A DNA stretch of 64,000 nt from Bradymonadia bacterium (GCA_046290225.1 JBKAGE010000034.1:416001-480000), one strand, 5' to 3'. Shown: positions 1 through 10,700, counted from the stretch's first letter. Made by a program: numbers and translations. Notes: generated from the sequence alone by a model not told the origin.

Positions 1-431
1 ACGGCGGCGTCGAGGGCCTCACCGATGATCTGGCGCTGAGCCTCTTCGCTCACCTGCTCTTCTACGGCGGTGAGCACACCGGGGGTCTGGGCCAGCATGC
101 GCGTGTTGAGATCGAGACGCGCTCCGGTGATCTCGGCGATGCGGGTGTGACCTTCGACGATGGCCTTGAGCAACGCCTCGTTCACGTGCACTGCGGCCTG
201 GGTGTCGGACTCACCATCGATGGGCTGGATGGAGACGTCTATCCGGCCTCGGCGAAGCGCCTTCGACAGACGCTGGCGAATGAAGTGTTCGTGGGGGGAA
301 AAGCGCTTGGGCACCTTGAGGCGCAGCTCAAGGTACCGGTGATTGAGGGCTCTGAGCTCTACGGTGTAGCGGCTCTGGCCCATCTGCGCTTCGCTTCGAC
401 CGAAACCGGTCATACTGTGAATCACGCTCAT
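1..431 (-). CDS. yicC: YicC/YloC family endoribonuclease (5' part only; runs off the window)
   Basis: Not in the ORF track. Manual translation from ATG at 431 gives MSVIHSMTGFGRSEAQMGQSRYTVELRALNHRYLELRLKVP...LRRGRIDVS, containing the SMTGFG, NHRYLE and RGRID motifs of the YicC N-terminus. Confidence 0.9.
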   Translation of the reverse strand, partial: MSVIHSMTGFGRSEAQMGQSRYTVELRALNHRYLELRLKVPKRFSPHEHFIRQRLSKALRRGRIDVSIQPIDGESDTQAAVHVNEALLKAIVEGHTRIAEITGARLDLNTRMLAQTPGVLTAVEEQVSEEAQRQIIGEALDAA

Positions 432-472
432 CTTGCTGGTGGTACCACAACTGCCGACCGGGCCATAGATCG

Positions 473-2824
473 TTATGGGCGCATGTCGGATGCGGTGCCC
501 TCAGGGGCCACCATCGCCCGAGGTCGAGGGGGCCCCACCCTCGGGGTGAAGGCCAGCCCGCTGCTGCGGCCGGGGGGCAGCTGGAGCGTGCCCGCTTCAC
601 CTGCTGCATCGAGCTGAGTGATGCCCTCAGGGCCACCGGTGAAGTAGCGCACGGCGGGTGGATCATCATCAAAGTGACCCTGCCCGAGGACACAGCCTTC
701 GAGTACGCCGAGGCTGCTCAGTGCGAGGGCGGCATGATCAAGGCCAGCATGATCAAGACCGGCACTGTCGGGCACGGCATCGCCACGGCTCTCCACGAGA
801 ATCAGCCGACCGCTGGGGTCGACCCCAGCGGCGTACAGGGGGCCGGCGTGGGCGGCAACCTGCACATCGTGCCGTCGACCCTGATGAAGCAGAAGCTCTC
901 CCTGCAACGCCCAGGGGCCCATCACGTCAGCCTCCATACCCGGGGTCCCCAGGAGGCCCGATCTCAGCGCGCCTTCCCGATCCGCGAAGACAGTACAGGC
1001 ACCTTCGACGAGCGGCGTCCATGCTTGGTTGCTGATCTGCAAACCACGCTCGCTGGTCGCTGCGCCGAGCAGTAACCAGGCTGCAGGCGCCCGATCGAGC
1101 GTGAGCCCGGTGGGCGCGCCCTCCGCAGGGCGGGGCTCTCCCTGCCCGGGGATCAGGTGTGCAGTCAGATGCTCGGGGTCGATGCGCAACACCTGCACCC
1201 CGGGCCACTGGTCCACAGCAACCCTCTCCATGGCCCGGGCGATGCCTGCAGCCTGTGCGCCTGGGTCAGGCCGGCCTGCTGAGGGCAGGGTCAGATAGAA
1301 GAACGTGTGCTCAAGGCGTCGAGGCCAGGCAGCAGGCTCGATCTCCATCTCGGCGAGGGCGGGTACGACCGGCGCCGACGCCCCACCTGGGGCCCAGGCG
1401 AGCCCACTCTGACGACTGCAGCCAAGGTCCACCGCCCGCACCACCCCCACCGCACTCAACGCTGCGGAGATCTGTTCAGCACTCGCCAGGGGTGACCAGG
1501 CATAAATCAGTGTTTGCGCCTCAGTGAGCCCCAGAGCCCCACACCTGGCCTTGATCTGCCGGCTGTTGTCCATGGCAGTGTCCTCGAGCAGAGCCTCGAC
1601 GCCTTGATACAGACCCCAGGGCTCGACGCCGGAGGGTTTACCGAGGCCCACTGCACCTTGAGCATCGATGGAGAGCGCAAGGGCGTCGGCAACAGGGGAC
1701 GCCAGGGTGATCCCCTTACTCACCAGGCCTCTGGGCTCGGCGGGGCCCATGAACAGGGCCACAGCCTGATCTCGATGCCCTTCGGGTATGGCGCCTGGAC
1801 CAGCATGGCCCTCGGGACCCACTGCGCTGCCAGCGACCATGTGCAATTGAGCCTGATTCAGATCGACCCGGACCAGGTAGATCTCGGTGTCCTCCATCGT
1901 GAGGGTTTGCGTGCTGACCACTCCCCTGCCCCGCTCGCCGAGGGCCTCCACGCTGAACCAGCCTTCCCCTTGAGGCTCAGAGCGCCCGTGGCTCCTGCCG
2001 TGCCCCTGACCCTCAAGCTCGGCGATGGCTTCGGCAACCCACTGTCGTGCATGGGACCACTGCTTGGGGAAGATGGTGGCTGCAGATCCCTGATGCAGGA
2101 CCCCAATGGCAGGGGGGCTCAACGATCCAGAGGTCCAGCTGATCTCCACAGGCTGCCCATCGACCTCGAGACGGGTCACATCGGCCCCCTCGCCCTCGAG
2201 CACGGTCACGATGCGCCCTGGGCGGTGTAGCCTGACTTCCTCTCTCCTCAACCCCACTGGTTGCTCTCCGGAGAGCATCAACCACGCCGACCACATCCCC
2301 TCAGGGCTCAGAGACAAGGTCTGGTGACGGAGTTCTGCAGTCAGCCGAACGATGCCAGTGATCTCTCCACCGCTCTGTACCGCGAAGAGCGCTGCGGGGC
2401 CTGAGGATCCCAGGAGGCGCTCCGTGGCCATGGGCGAGGTCGCCACAGGGCGTACGTCCTCGATGGAGATCAGCACGCCTTCTTCGGTGATCTCGCCGGA
2501 GAGCGCCACGATGTCACGTGACTCCGCCTCTGCTTCCGACGTCGAGGTCTCTGTGCTCGGGGCTGCCGCCGCAAGCGCCACGATGGTGTGGGTACCGGTC
2601 CACTGGACCGGCTCTCCGCGCCTGGGCAGCACTGCGACCTGCTCGACCGAGGTCGACCAGCCCTTGGCAGCGAGGGCGCTGACCACCGCGGCCTTCGCTC
2701 CGTCCTCGCCAGGTGGAGGGGCCTCTCCAAGCTGCATCCGCGCAGCGCCGGCGCCCACGAGGGCGGCGAGCCCACCGATGAGCAGCCGGCGGCCGAAGCC
2801 AGCATATGTGGTCTTGTCAGCCAT
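473..2824 (-). CDS. Hypothetical membrane-anchored protein with two degenerate phosphodiester-glycosidase (NAGPA)-like repeats
   Basis: 783-aa ORF with N-terminal hydrophobic segment and RBS-like AGAGGGG. Internal repeats LVRVDLNQAQLHMVAG and VLRIDPEHLTAHLIPG; ALGLTEAQTLIYAW...AVDLG. Confidence 0.5.
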   Translation of the reverse strand: MADKTTYAGFGRRLLIGGLAALVGAGAARMQLGEAPPPGEDGAKAAVVSALAAKGWSTSVEQVAVLPRRGEPVQWTGTHTIVALAAAAPSTETSTSEAEAESRDIVALSGEITEEGVLISIEDVRPVATSPMATERLLGSSGPAALFAVQSGGEITGIVRLTAELRHQTLSLSPEGMWSAWLMLSGEQPVGLRREEVRLHRPGRIVTVLEGEGADVTRLEVDGQPVEISWTSGSLSPPAIGVLHQGSAATIFPKQWSHARQWVAEAIAELEGQGHGRSHGRSEPQGEGWFSVEALGERGRGVVSTQTLTMEDTEIYLVRVDLNQAQLHMVAGSAVGPEGHAGPGAIPEGHRDQAVALFMGPAEPRGLVSKGITLASPVADALALSIDAQGAVGLGKPSGVEPWGLYQGVEALLEDTAMDNSRQIKARCGALGLTEAQTLIYAWSPLASAEQISAALSAVGVVRAVDLGCSRQSGLAWAPGGASAPVVPALAEMEIEPAAWPRRLEHTFFYLTLPSAGRPDPGAQAAGIARAMERVAVDQWPGVQVLRIDPEHLTAHLIPGQGEPRPAEGAPTGLTLDRAPAAWLLLGAATSERGLQISNQAWTPLVEGACTVFADREGALRSGLLGTPGMEADVMGPWALQGELLLHQGRRHDVQVAAHAGPLYAAGVDPSGRLILVESRGDAVPDSAGLDHAGLDHAALALSSLGVLEGCVLGQGHFDDDPPAVRYFTGGPEGITQLDAAGEAGTLQLPPGRSSGLAFTPRVGPPRPRAMVAPEGTASDMRP

Positions 2825-2875
2825 ACCCCCTCTTTGTCGGCAATTTCGCCAGAAGGCCTGACCGCTTGATGCAGG

Positions 2876-4363
2876 TCAGCTCAGGGCAGAGAAGTAGGGC
2901 GCATCAGTGAAGCCGATGTGAGGGGTGTAGATCGTGAGGCCCACCCCATGGGTGTACAGGGCCCTCGCCAGCGTATCTCGATCGATGAGGCGCAGCGCAT
3001 CGGCGATGTGCTCGCCCACCTCGGCGAGCTCTCCAAGGGAGATCACCCAGCCCTCGTCGGCGCCCAGGGCGTCGAGGTGGCTCGCGAAGGCCTCGAGGGT
3101 GGCCTCGGCGATGGGGGCCATGGCAGAGCAGGCCATGACCGCGATGGTCTGATCGGCCCCTTCTGCACGAAACAGGACGTTGCCGCTGCCATCTTGATGG
3201 ATGATCGAGACCGCATCGTGGCCCATGGCCACGATGAGCGCGCGGATCACCTCGGTGAACCCGAGATGATCGAGCTGAGATAACCGGTTGATCAAATCGC
3301 GGCGCACCAGCTCTCGCTGCTCGCCGAGGGCCACCTGAATCTGGCGCTCCAGCTCTCGGTAGCGCTCGGAGACCGACCACTCCGAAAGCGCGAGCCGGTC
3401 GTCGGGGTAGCGCACGAAGGGGGGGCGCTGCCCGGTGAGCGCTCGACGATGGTTCTCACCCTCCACAAGATCCCAGAGACGTCGGGAGATCTCTGGGGCA
3501 TGCAGACCAATGTCCTCGAGGATCTCCTCTCCATCGATGGGCACACCGGCCTCACGGAGCGCTTGGATGATGGAGGTGATGATGACGTCGTCTGCCAGAG
3601 CTGCCGGCTCGGCGGGCCCAGTCTCTTCGGCAGACCCAACCTCTTCGGCCGGCTCATCTTCCGGCACCTCGACGGATGCATCTTCATCCTCGACAAGCAC
3701 TGGGGCTGCAGCCGCTTTCGGCGCTTCAGGTGCTTCCTGAACCACAGGGCCTGCTGGCGACTTGCTCTCGGGTGCCTCGGCACCGCCCAGGAGGCGCTCG
3801 GCTCGATCGCTCAGGCGCTGCCACACATCAGTGGCCAGAGGCACACCGTTGGCCATGGCGGCGGCGATCTCTTCAATGGCCATGGGGGCAACGGGGGCGT
3901 CGCCGGCCAGATCCTGAGCCCCACGACGTCTGCGCTTACGCCGGTCATCTGCAGCTCGCCGGCGGCCACGACGGTGACTGCGCTCCTCGTCGAGCATCGC
4001 CTCGAGATCCGCCTCGTCTTCCAGGCTCATCTCTGCATCAGACTCGGGATCGAGATCCCCGATGGTCTCGTCGAGCGACAGCTCGCTGTCCATGCTCTCC
4101 AGAGCTTCCAGCTCGATGGGTGGGGCCTCGATGGTGAGGGGCTCTCCGCTGGCGAGGGCGAAGACGCCCGGGCGCGTCTCGGTGAGCAGGCGACCGGCGA
4201 CGGCCACCCTCAACCGGGCCTTGAGGGCGTCGAGGCTCAGGGCTTCCGGGGCCTGCCAGCCAGCGGCCTCGGCCTTCACCAGAATCTTTCGCGCGTTCAG
4301 GGGACGCCCGGCATTTCGCAGGACCTCCATGGCGGCATAGACAAAGCCTGACGCGTTGGACAT
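2876..4363 (-). CDS. HARE-type HTH protein (two wHTH) with C-terminal Mrr-like restriction endonuclease fold
   Basis: AAMEVLRNAGRPLNARKI...ETRPGVFAL; second copy IIQALREAGVPIDGEEI...RPPFVRYPDDRLALSEW; C-terminal LSQLDHLGFTEVIRALIVAMG...GWVISLG...LRLIDRDTLARALYTHGVG. Confidence 0.7.
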   Translation of the reverse strand: MSNASGFVYAAMEVLRNAGRPLNARKILVKAEAAGWQAPEALSLDALKARLRVAVAGRLLTETRPGVFALASGEPLTIEAPPIELEALESMDSELSLDETIGDLDPESDAEMSLEDEADLEAMLDEERSHRRGRRRAADDRRKRRRRGAQDLAGDAPVAPMAIEEIAAAMANGVPLATDVWQRLSDRAERLLGGAEAPESKSPAGPVVQEAPEAPKAAAAPVLVEDEDASVEVPEDEPAEEVGSAEETGPAEPAALADDVIITSIIQALREAGVPIDGEEILEDIGLHAPEISRRLWDLVEGENHRRALTGQRPPFVRYPDDRLALSEWSVSERYRELERQIQVALGEQRELVRRDLINRLSQLDHLGFTEVIRALIVAMGHDAVSIIHQDGSGNVLFRAEGADQTIAVMACSAMAPIAEATLEAFASHLDALGADEGWVISLGELAEVGEHIADALRLIDRDTLARALYTHGVGLTIYTPHIGFTDAPYFSALS

Positions 4364-4493
4364 GTGCTCGCTCGCTGAAGTGGGTTTGGCGAGGCACGGT
4401 AGGCCATGTTGGCCTCACAGTCGAGGCTCTCAGAACGATCACATGCAGATGCCCTGACTTGCAGGCTCTGGGCCCTTCTGACACCATCCGCCG

Positions 4494-6566
4494 ATGTTTT
4501 CAGTGACCCTCGATCTGGGGCATCGCTGGTGGGCGGAGTGGCCCACGGCCTGCCCCCCCGACTGGCCCATCGATACGATCCATGTATCGGCCGGCTCTCC
4601 CGAGCAGCGAGTGTGCCTCGGCCGCCACCCGCTCCTCCCATTTTTGAAGGCACTCGCCGAAGCCCTCGACCGTCTCGAGCACGGACCAGCGACCGTCGGG
4701 GGCGCAGATGAAGTGGTGTTGCACCCGGGCGGCGGCGTCGACGCTGTCACCATGTGCTACTTCGCCGTTGACGACACAGTCACAACGCCCTTCTCCCGAG
4801 ACGCACTCAAGCGAGCCATCGCCGAGGCCCGCCAGCACGTGCTCGAACACATCAGCCTCAGATGGCCTGCTCACCCACCTTTGCCCGAGATGATCCGTCG
4901 CGACATCGAGGCCGCCCTGGCCTGCCCGCGCGGGGATCACATCACCCTCAGGGCCGCGCCTGATGGGGTCCTCTTCTGCATCGCTGACCAGGCACCTGTG
5001 CTCATCCCCAAGACACAGATGCCCTCGATCGTCGGGCGCCTGTGCACCGCGGCGGAGACCTCGCTGAAGACCCGCAGCTGGCCTGGTGGTCAGTGGGAGT
5101 TCGCCCTCGACGACGAGGGGCAGATCAAGCTCAGGCTGCAGGGCCGTGGAGCAATGCTGGAGGGGGTCCTCGTCGATCGCGGCCGTCTTCCACTCACGCA
5201 CAGCTTCTCAATCTCTGCAGAGCGACTCGCCGACGCAGCAATCTGGGGTGCTGGCGAGGCAGATCTGGAAGACGAACGACCCCTTCACGAAGCCCAACAG
5301 CTCGGCCGGTGGGCGCGAACGCTGCGCACACCCCCTTTCGCGTTGACGCTGGAGCGCGGCCACGGTGATGTCTCGCCCCAGCCAGCCCGTGCGGTGCCCG
5401 AGGGGTCTCCGCTGCCTGTGAAGGGCTTGCACCACCTCGCCTACCGACGCCGATGGCGTCAGGATGATCTCAATCCGTCGAAAGGCTCCATCAGGGTGGT
5501 GGGTGATCACGTGCAATACAGCGCGGGCGATCAGATTCTCACCCTGGATCGACGGACAGGAGAAACACTCTGGACGCACGACCACGCCCACCTGCCCCCC
5601 TGCCCCGGACCTCTCGATCTGCTCCTCGACGCGGCGGGTTGTCTCATTCGGGTCGACACGGACAACCAGACTCAGCGCTGGCAGGCCACCATCGGCGACG
5701 GCGGACTCTCGGCCCTCGACCTCTCAGATGACGCCTTGCTCGTCGGGGGCGTCGACGGCGCCCTGCAGCGGCTCTCCGCCGAGACCGGTGAGCTGATCTG
5801 GCGCCGCCACACCCTGCACGGTGCAGTCTCGAGCGTAGTGACCTCTGACACCGCGTGCTGGTGCCTCGGCGAAGACGGCCTGGTGTACGGCTTGCGGCAG
5901 AACGACGGCATGCTCGCCTTCGCCTTCCCCCTCGCCGGAGAGCCTGAAGGTGCCCCGCTCCTCACCGCCGCGGGGCTGTTGGTGGTGAGCCACGCAGGGC
6001 CGGGCTTCGAGAGCCAGCTGACTCTCCTCGACCCTTACACAGGCACCGTCGAGTGGACGCGTACCTTGGAGGGCACGGCGATCACCGCCTCAGCTCAGGT
6101 GGGTGAAGACGCAGTTTTGATCCTGGAGCGCCTCGAAGGGCTCTATATGGTCAGAGTGGCCCTCGCCGACGGCGGCGTCCGCTGGCAGCTCGACTTGCCC
6201 ACAGAGGCAGAATCCGACCCCGGCACCCTCACGGTGCTCGACGAGCTCGCATGCATCAAAGGCATGGAGGGCGAGACCACCGGCGTCGATCTCCAGCGCG
6301 GCAAGATACTGTGGCAGGTATCCGCCGAGGCGGGCTCGGACGCCCTGGTGAGCAATGCTGCGGTGGTGGCGTGCCGTGGGCTCTTGTTGATCCCCGGCTC
6401 TACAGTCAGGGCCATCGACCCTCAGACTGGCCGGGTGATCCACAGCCTGCCGTGTGAAGATCTAGTGCCCAGCTGGATCCACGTATGGCCAGATGGCGAT
6501 CTGCTCGTCGCCGAAGACAACGCCCTGGCGTACTTCTTCCTCGGCGGACACCTGGGCCTGGTCTGA
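4494..6566 (+). CDS. PQQ-like/BamB-type beta-propeller repeat protein
   Basis: Repeated LDxxTGxxxW motifs (LDRRTGETLW, LSAETGELIW, LDPYTGTVEW, IDPQTGRVI). Confidence 0.75.
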   Translation: MFSVTLDLGHRWWAEWPTACPPDWPIDTIHVSAGSPEQRVCLGRHPLLPFLKALAEALDRLEHGPATVGGADEVVLHPGGGVDAVTMCYFAVDDTVTTPFSRDALKRAIAEARQHVLEHISLRWPAHPPLPEMIRRDIEAALACPRGDHITLRAAPDGVLFCIADQAPVLIPKTQMPSIVGRLCTAAETSLKTRSWPGGQWEFALDDEGQIKLRLQGRGAMLEGVLVDRGRLPLTHSFSISAERLADAAIWGAGEADLEDERPLHEAQQLGRWARTLRTPPFALTLERGHGDVSPQPARAVPEGSPLPVKGLHHLAYRRRWRQDDLNPSKGSIRVVGDHVQYSAGDQILTLDRRTGETLWTHDHAHLPPCPGPLDLLLDAAGCLIRVDTDNQTQRWQATIGDGGLSALDLSDDALLVGGVDGALQRLSAETGELIWRRHTLHGAVSSVVTSDTACWCLGEDGLVYGLRQNDGMLAFAFPLAGEPEGAPLLTAAGLLVVSHAGPGFESQLTLLDPYTGTVEWTRTLEGTAITASAQVGEDAVLILERLEGLYMVRVALADGGVRWQLDLPTEAESDPGTLTVLDELACIKGMEGETTGVDLQRGKILWQVSAEAGSDALVSNAAVVACRGLLLIPGSTVRAIDPQTGRVIHSLPCEDLVPSWIHVWPDGDLLVAEDNALAYFFLGGHLGLV

Positions 6567-6581
6567 CGCAGTGTGTGGTCT

Positions 6582-7307
6582 TCAGATGCCGAGGAACAGT
6601 CGCTTGCCGAAGGTCTCTGAGAGATCAGCATCGAGGATCTTCTGGGCCGCGGCATCTACATCGTAAGGCACCCGGCGATACTCGAAGGTCCGGGTCTCCG
6701 TGTCATAGACAGCGCAACATGCCCGATTGTCGTAGTCCCGAGGCTGGCCGACGCTCCCTGCAGTGACCACGTATTTAAAGTCGGGCTGCGCGGTGAACCG
6801 GGTGTTGAGCACCTCACGGGCGCCCTGCCGATCGAAGGCGAACGATTTACAGAGGTGGGAGTGACCGATGAAGGTGACGTCGGCCATCTCATCGTACACA
6901 GGCAGCAAATCGTGCATCTGCTCCACGGAGAAGATGTACTCGAAGGCATCGGGATCCACCGGTGATCCATGGCAAAACGCCACATGCTCGATGCGATCGG
7001 TCATGGGGAGACTCGACAACCACCGCTTGTTCTCAGGTGTGAGCACCCGCGCATGCCAGTCGAGGGCCTGGCGGGCCTCTGCCCGATAATAGCTGTAGTC
7101 CATCTTGCCGCACACAGCGGCGTCGTGGTTGCCCATGACCGTCACGCTCACTCGGCGGCGGATCAGATCACAACACTCATTGGGTTGAGCGCCATAACCG
7201 ACCACATCACCCAGACATGCATAGGCGTCGACGTCAGAGAGGACGAGAAAGGCGGCCTCGAGGGCTTCGAGGTTGGCGTGCACATCAGAGATGATGCCGA
7301 TCTTCAT
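6582..7307 (-). CDS. Calcineurin-like metallophosphoesterase
   Basis: DVHAN, LGDVVGYG, GNHD, HGSP, GHSH and GSVGQPRD motifs. Confidence 0.9.
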   Translation of the reverse strand: MKIGIISDVHANLEALEAAFLVLSDVDAYACLGDVVGYGAQPNECCDLIRRRVSVTVMGNHDAAVCGKMDYSYYRAEARQALDWHARVLTPENKRWLSSLPMTDRIEHVAFCHGSPVDPDAFEYIFSVEQMHDLLPVYDEMADVTFIGHSHLCKSFAFDRQGAREVLNTRFTAQPDFKYVVTAGSVGQPRDYDNRACCAVYDTETRTFEYRRVPYDVDAAAQKILDADLSETFGKRLFLGI

Positions 7308-7393
7308 GGGCGACCCTTCGACGCGACGTGGTTACGAACTCGTATCAGATGGCGCAGCGCCTCCAGACGTCGCGCCAGTCTGTGCTCGACGGC

Positions 7394-10300
7394 TCAGCTG
7401 CTCTCCAGCTCCAGGGCGTCGACGCTGGCCCCGGACAAATCGATGGAGGCCATGTCCTCCTCGTAGTCCGGGCCCACGCCATCGAGGCCCAGGGAGCCAA
7501 AGGCATCTGCTAGGCGCTCCCCAAAGTCGGCCGCATCACCGAAGCTCACCCGACCTGCCTGCTCCAGCGCCCGCTCGAGGCACGCAGCGATGGCGGGCGT
7601 CTCGGCCTTGTCCAGCGCCGCGGCGAGGGCGCCACGGGCCTCGGGACCGAGGAGCGCCAGGGCATGGGCCACCCGGCCACCGGGATCGCCCGCCCGACGA
7701 ACCACGCCGAGGGCGGGCTCGACGATGCGGCGTCCGATGCGAGCCACCGCCCGAGCGATGACCGGCCATTGGGCCTCGTCCACCGTGGACAACAGGGACA
7801 ACAGCTCCGAAGCCGCCCGCTCAGAGCGGATCTCCGCGAGGAACAGCGCGCTGGCGAGGCGTACGCTGCCTCTACGGGAGCGCAGGCCCGTGAGGAAGGA
7901 GGCCTCGAAGGCAGGTCCCATGGCGAGGGCCGCGGGCACAGCCTGCAAGAGCTCGCTCTGGGGCATCTTCAAGATCGAGTCGAAGAGCGTGGGCACGTAC
8001 ACCTGATCACCACGACGCATCAGGGCCATCGCCGCCTCTAGACGGTGACGCGGCTCCTCGAGGAGGCCCACGAGATCTGCAGCGGCGAGCTCGCTGAGAT
8101 CGGTGATCTCTTCCATGGGCACCGACTCGTCACCGGCCTCACTCTCGTCGAAGACCTGAGAGGCGGAGCGGGCCTTCTCCATCGACATCGCCGCCAGCTC
8201 CTCGATCTCCTCGTCCACACGGATGTCGAGCTCCTCGGCGCAGGCCAGCAGGGCCTCCCAGTTGCTCCAAAGATCGAGAGGATCGAGATCGTTGGGCTTC
8301 AGGTTGAGGTTCACCTCGGCGAAGTTCGCCAGCGAGATGCGCACCAGCGCCTCGGGATCAGCGGCGAGATCAAGGTCGAGGGCCCGCTGACGCATGTGAG
8401 GCTCCATGGCCAGGCCAAAGGCCAGCGCCGCCGTGAGCACCCGTGCGGTCATCCCCTCGAACCAGACTTCCGGGAAGGCCCGGATGCGCAGCAGATGCGT
8501 CTGACGCTGAGGCGCAGACCAGTAGGTGAGGATGCCGAGACCCAGACGTGCCTGAGAGGCGGTGATGAGATCAGCAAAGCTGTGCTGATGGAAGTTGTGC
8601 CGCAAACGGCCGAAGCGCTCGTAGGTCGGATCAGAGACCTCAGCCCGGGCTACGGCTCGATCCAGACGCCTGCCGAGGGCCGACTCCGCCTCCATGGTCA
8701 GGCTCCAGCCCTGAGCCACGTTCTGCTCGAGTGGCACAGTGAATCGGCGATGGCCCAGGACGACATCGTCATAGCCGTAGAAAACGACCTCGACGTCGAA
8801 GGTGTTGCGCAGCCGGTTGAGCACCTCGGTGTGCTCGGCGCTCTCGTGGTGCAGCACCCAGACCACGGGATCTGTCCAGTCGCCGTCGACGATGCGGCAC
8901 AGCGCAAGGCTCATCACGGGGCCCTGAGGATGCTGGTGCAGCTGGAAGATCAGGCTGGCGGGCTCCAGCTCATATTGCTCTGCCCGGCCCGACTCCATCC
9001 GGATCGCCGCCACCACGCGATCAGCCTCGGTGACCAGGTAGCGATCTTTGCCCTGGGCGACCTCTTCGAGGAAGAGGCGTCGAGGTGCTCGACGGCTGCC
9101 CGAGACCTCGTCGGCCGCCACCACATGGGTGGGCTCGTCGGTCAGGGAAGCCTCGACGTCGGAGATGCTCAGCTCCACGGAGAGCGACTCGTCCTCGCCC
9201 AGATCCACGGGCATGGGGTGACCCAGAGACGTCACCTTGATGTTGGCCTCTGTGGTGGGGCCACTGGCAGGCGAGGCGCTCTGCTCATCCTCGGGAATAC
9301 CCTCCTGAGGCGTCTCCGGCCCATCTGGCTCCGGGAGTGGAGTCACCTGGGTCTCAGCACTTCGCTCTGCAGCATCGTAGCGCAGATCCTCGCGGTCTTC
9401 GACGAGATCAGAGGGCAAGGGCTCCTCAGCCGTAGGCTCCGACGTGCCCTCGGCGCTCGAGTCAGCATTGCGGGCAGCCTGGACCTCTGCCTCCGAGATC
9501 TCCACGGCCTGATCGGCAGCGTCCTCCTCGAGTGACTCAGGCTGCTGATCGAGGGTGCTGCGCTCCACCCTGCCCTGGCGGCGGCTGTGCATGTCGGTGA
9601 TGTCGTCGTCATCATCCACAGAGGGCAAAGGCGCCATCACCGAAACCTCGACCCGCTCCGAGGCCGCAGACGCAGGCACCTCGTCGAGATCGTCGAGGTC
9701 ATCGGCTTCAGGCAACAACACATCAGAGAGTGCGGCCTGAGACTCTGGTGACACAGACGCATCTGCCTCTTCAGGCTGCGGTCCTGCCTCAGGCTCACCA
9801 TCCACTGAGGGGAATTCCAGGATCGCGGGGGCGTCGGGTACCACCTCTCCCAGGCTCTGCTCTGCAGAGTCGGGCTTCGCCACAGGCAACTCGGTCGTGG
9901 GGCCAGCCTTGGACTCTGCCGTCGGCCCCGACTTCGAACTCGCAGGCACCGCAGCGACCACCGTCGCCTCTGATGAAGCGGCAGGCTCGGGAAACATTGG
10001 GGCGGTGCGAGGTCGCGCCATCATGGGCCCAGCCTCTACGACCGCAGGGGCATCGGTCCCATCGAGCAGCGCCTGGAGGCCATCCGCACCTGCGACCAGA
10101 GCCGGACGGAGGGCATAGTCAGGCAGCGTGCCGCCTTCTGGCGCCTCGATGAGGCCATACAGTGCGATCATGAGATCGCGAGCCTCGTGGCGATCGCTCT
10201 CCGAGATCACCAGAGCCAGCACTTCATGCTCTGGATCGTGGAACACCACCGGCGCCGTGATCGAATGCGCATGCCCACAGACAGGACATTCGCAGCGGTT

Positions 10301-10489
10301 GACCGCAACAGGGCCCCCGGTGATCAGGCTCTCGGCCAGGCGCTCGTCCGTGGCGCGGTTGATGGTGGTCCACCCGCGGGCGCCGTACCAGACACCGCAC
10401 TTGGGACACCAGATATTGAAGAGCGTAGTGTGGGTCTGACCGACCTCACCCGTGAACACTCCGGCGTTGCCGGGGGCCGAGCTGGACAT
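7394..10489 (-). CDS. CpXC-domain protein with acidic linker and C-terminal HEAT-like repeats
   Basis: CPKCG...CPVCG...VVFHDPE N-terminus; long D/E/P/A-rich linker; helical repeats such as VRLASALFLAEIRSERA. Start moved to ATG 10489, which follows GAGGG. Confidence 0.65.
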   Translation of the reverse strand: MSSSAPGNAGVFTGEVGQTHTTLFNIWCPKCGVWYGARGWTTINRATDERLAESLITGGPVAVNRCECPVCGHAHSITAPVVFHDPEHEVLALVISESDRHEARDLMIALYGLIEAPEGGTLPDYALRPALVAGADGLQALLDGTDAPAVVEAGPMMARPRTAPMFPEPAASSEATVVAAVPASSKSGPTAESKAGPTTELPVAKPDSAEQSLGEVVPDAPAILEFPSVDGEPEAGPQPEEADASVSPESQAALSDVLLPEADDLDDLDEVPASAASERVEVSVMAPLPSVDDDDDITDMHSRRQGRVERSTLDQQPESLEEDAADQAVEISEAEVQAARNADSSAEGTSEPTAEEPLPSDLVEDREDLRYDAAERSAETQVTPLPEPDGPETPQEGIPEDEQSASPASGPTTEANIKVTSLGHPMPVDLGEDESLSVELSISDVEASLTDEPTHVVAADEVSGSRRAPRRLFLEEVAQGKDRYLVTEADRVVAAIRMESGRAEQYELEPASLIFQLHQHPQGPVMSLALCRIVDGDWTDPVVWVLHHESAEHTEVLNRLRNTFDVEVVFYGYDDVVLGHRRFTVPLEQNVAQGWSLTMEAESALGRRLDRAVARAEVSDPTYERFGRLRHNFHQHSFADLITASQARLGLGILTYWSAPQRQTHLLRIRAFPEVWFEGMTARVLTAALAFGLAMEPHMRQRALDLDLAADPEALVRISLANFAEVNLNLKPNDLDPLDLWSNWEALLACAEELDIRVDEEIEELAAMSMEKARSASQVFDESEAGDESVPMEEITDLSELAAADLVGLLEEPRHRLEAAMALMRRGDQVYVPTLFDSILKMPQSELLQAVPAALAMGPAFEASFLTGLRSRRGSVRLASALFLAEIRSERAASELLSLLSTVDEAQWPVIARAVARIGRRIVEPALGVVRRAGDPGGRVAHALALLGPEARGALAAALDKAETPAIAACLERALEQAGRVSFGDAADFGERLADAFGSLGLDGVGPDYEEDMASIDLSGASVDALELESS

Positions 10490-10700
10490 GTGTTCCCTCG
10501 CCAACCGTGGGCATGGATCAAGCACTCAAAGCCTGGATGAAGACCCGCACGAACCACCAGGGATCAGGCGATGTGCAAGACTCCGAGCCTTCGCGCTATA
10601 TCACGCCATCGAGGCTGGGGGCCAGAGGCGCAGGGCAATCACACGTCGATGTGCCTTGCTTCCGCTCTGTTTGGACCATGACGGAGGGTGGTGGGCAGAT

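Noticed and set aside
147..617. Plus-strand 156-aa ORF
   Set aside because: It is antisense to the yicC-like gene, which has clear family motifs.
2876..4363. Active restriction or defence system
   Set aside because: Catalytic residues are not evident, and no methylase or defence-island context is present.
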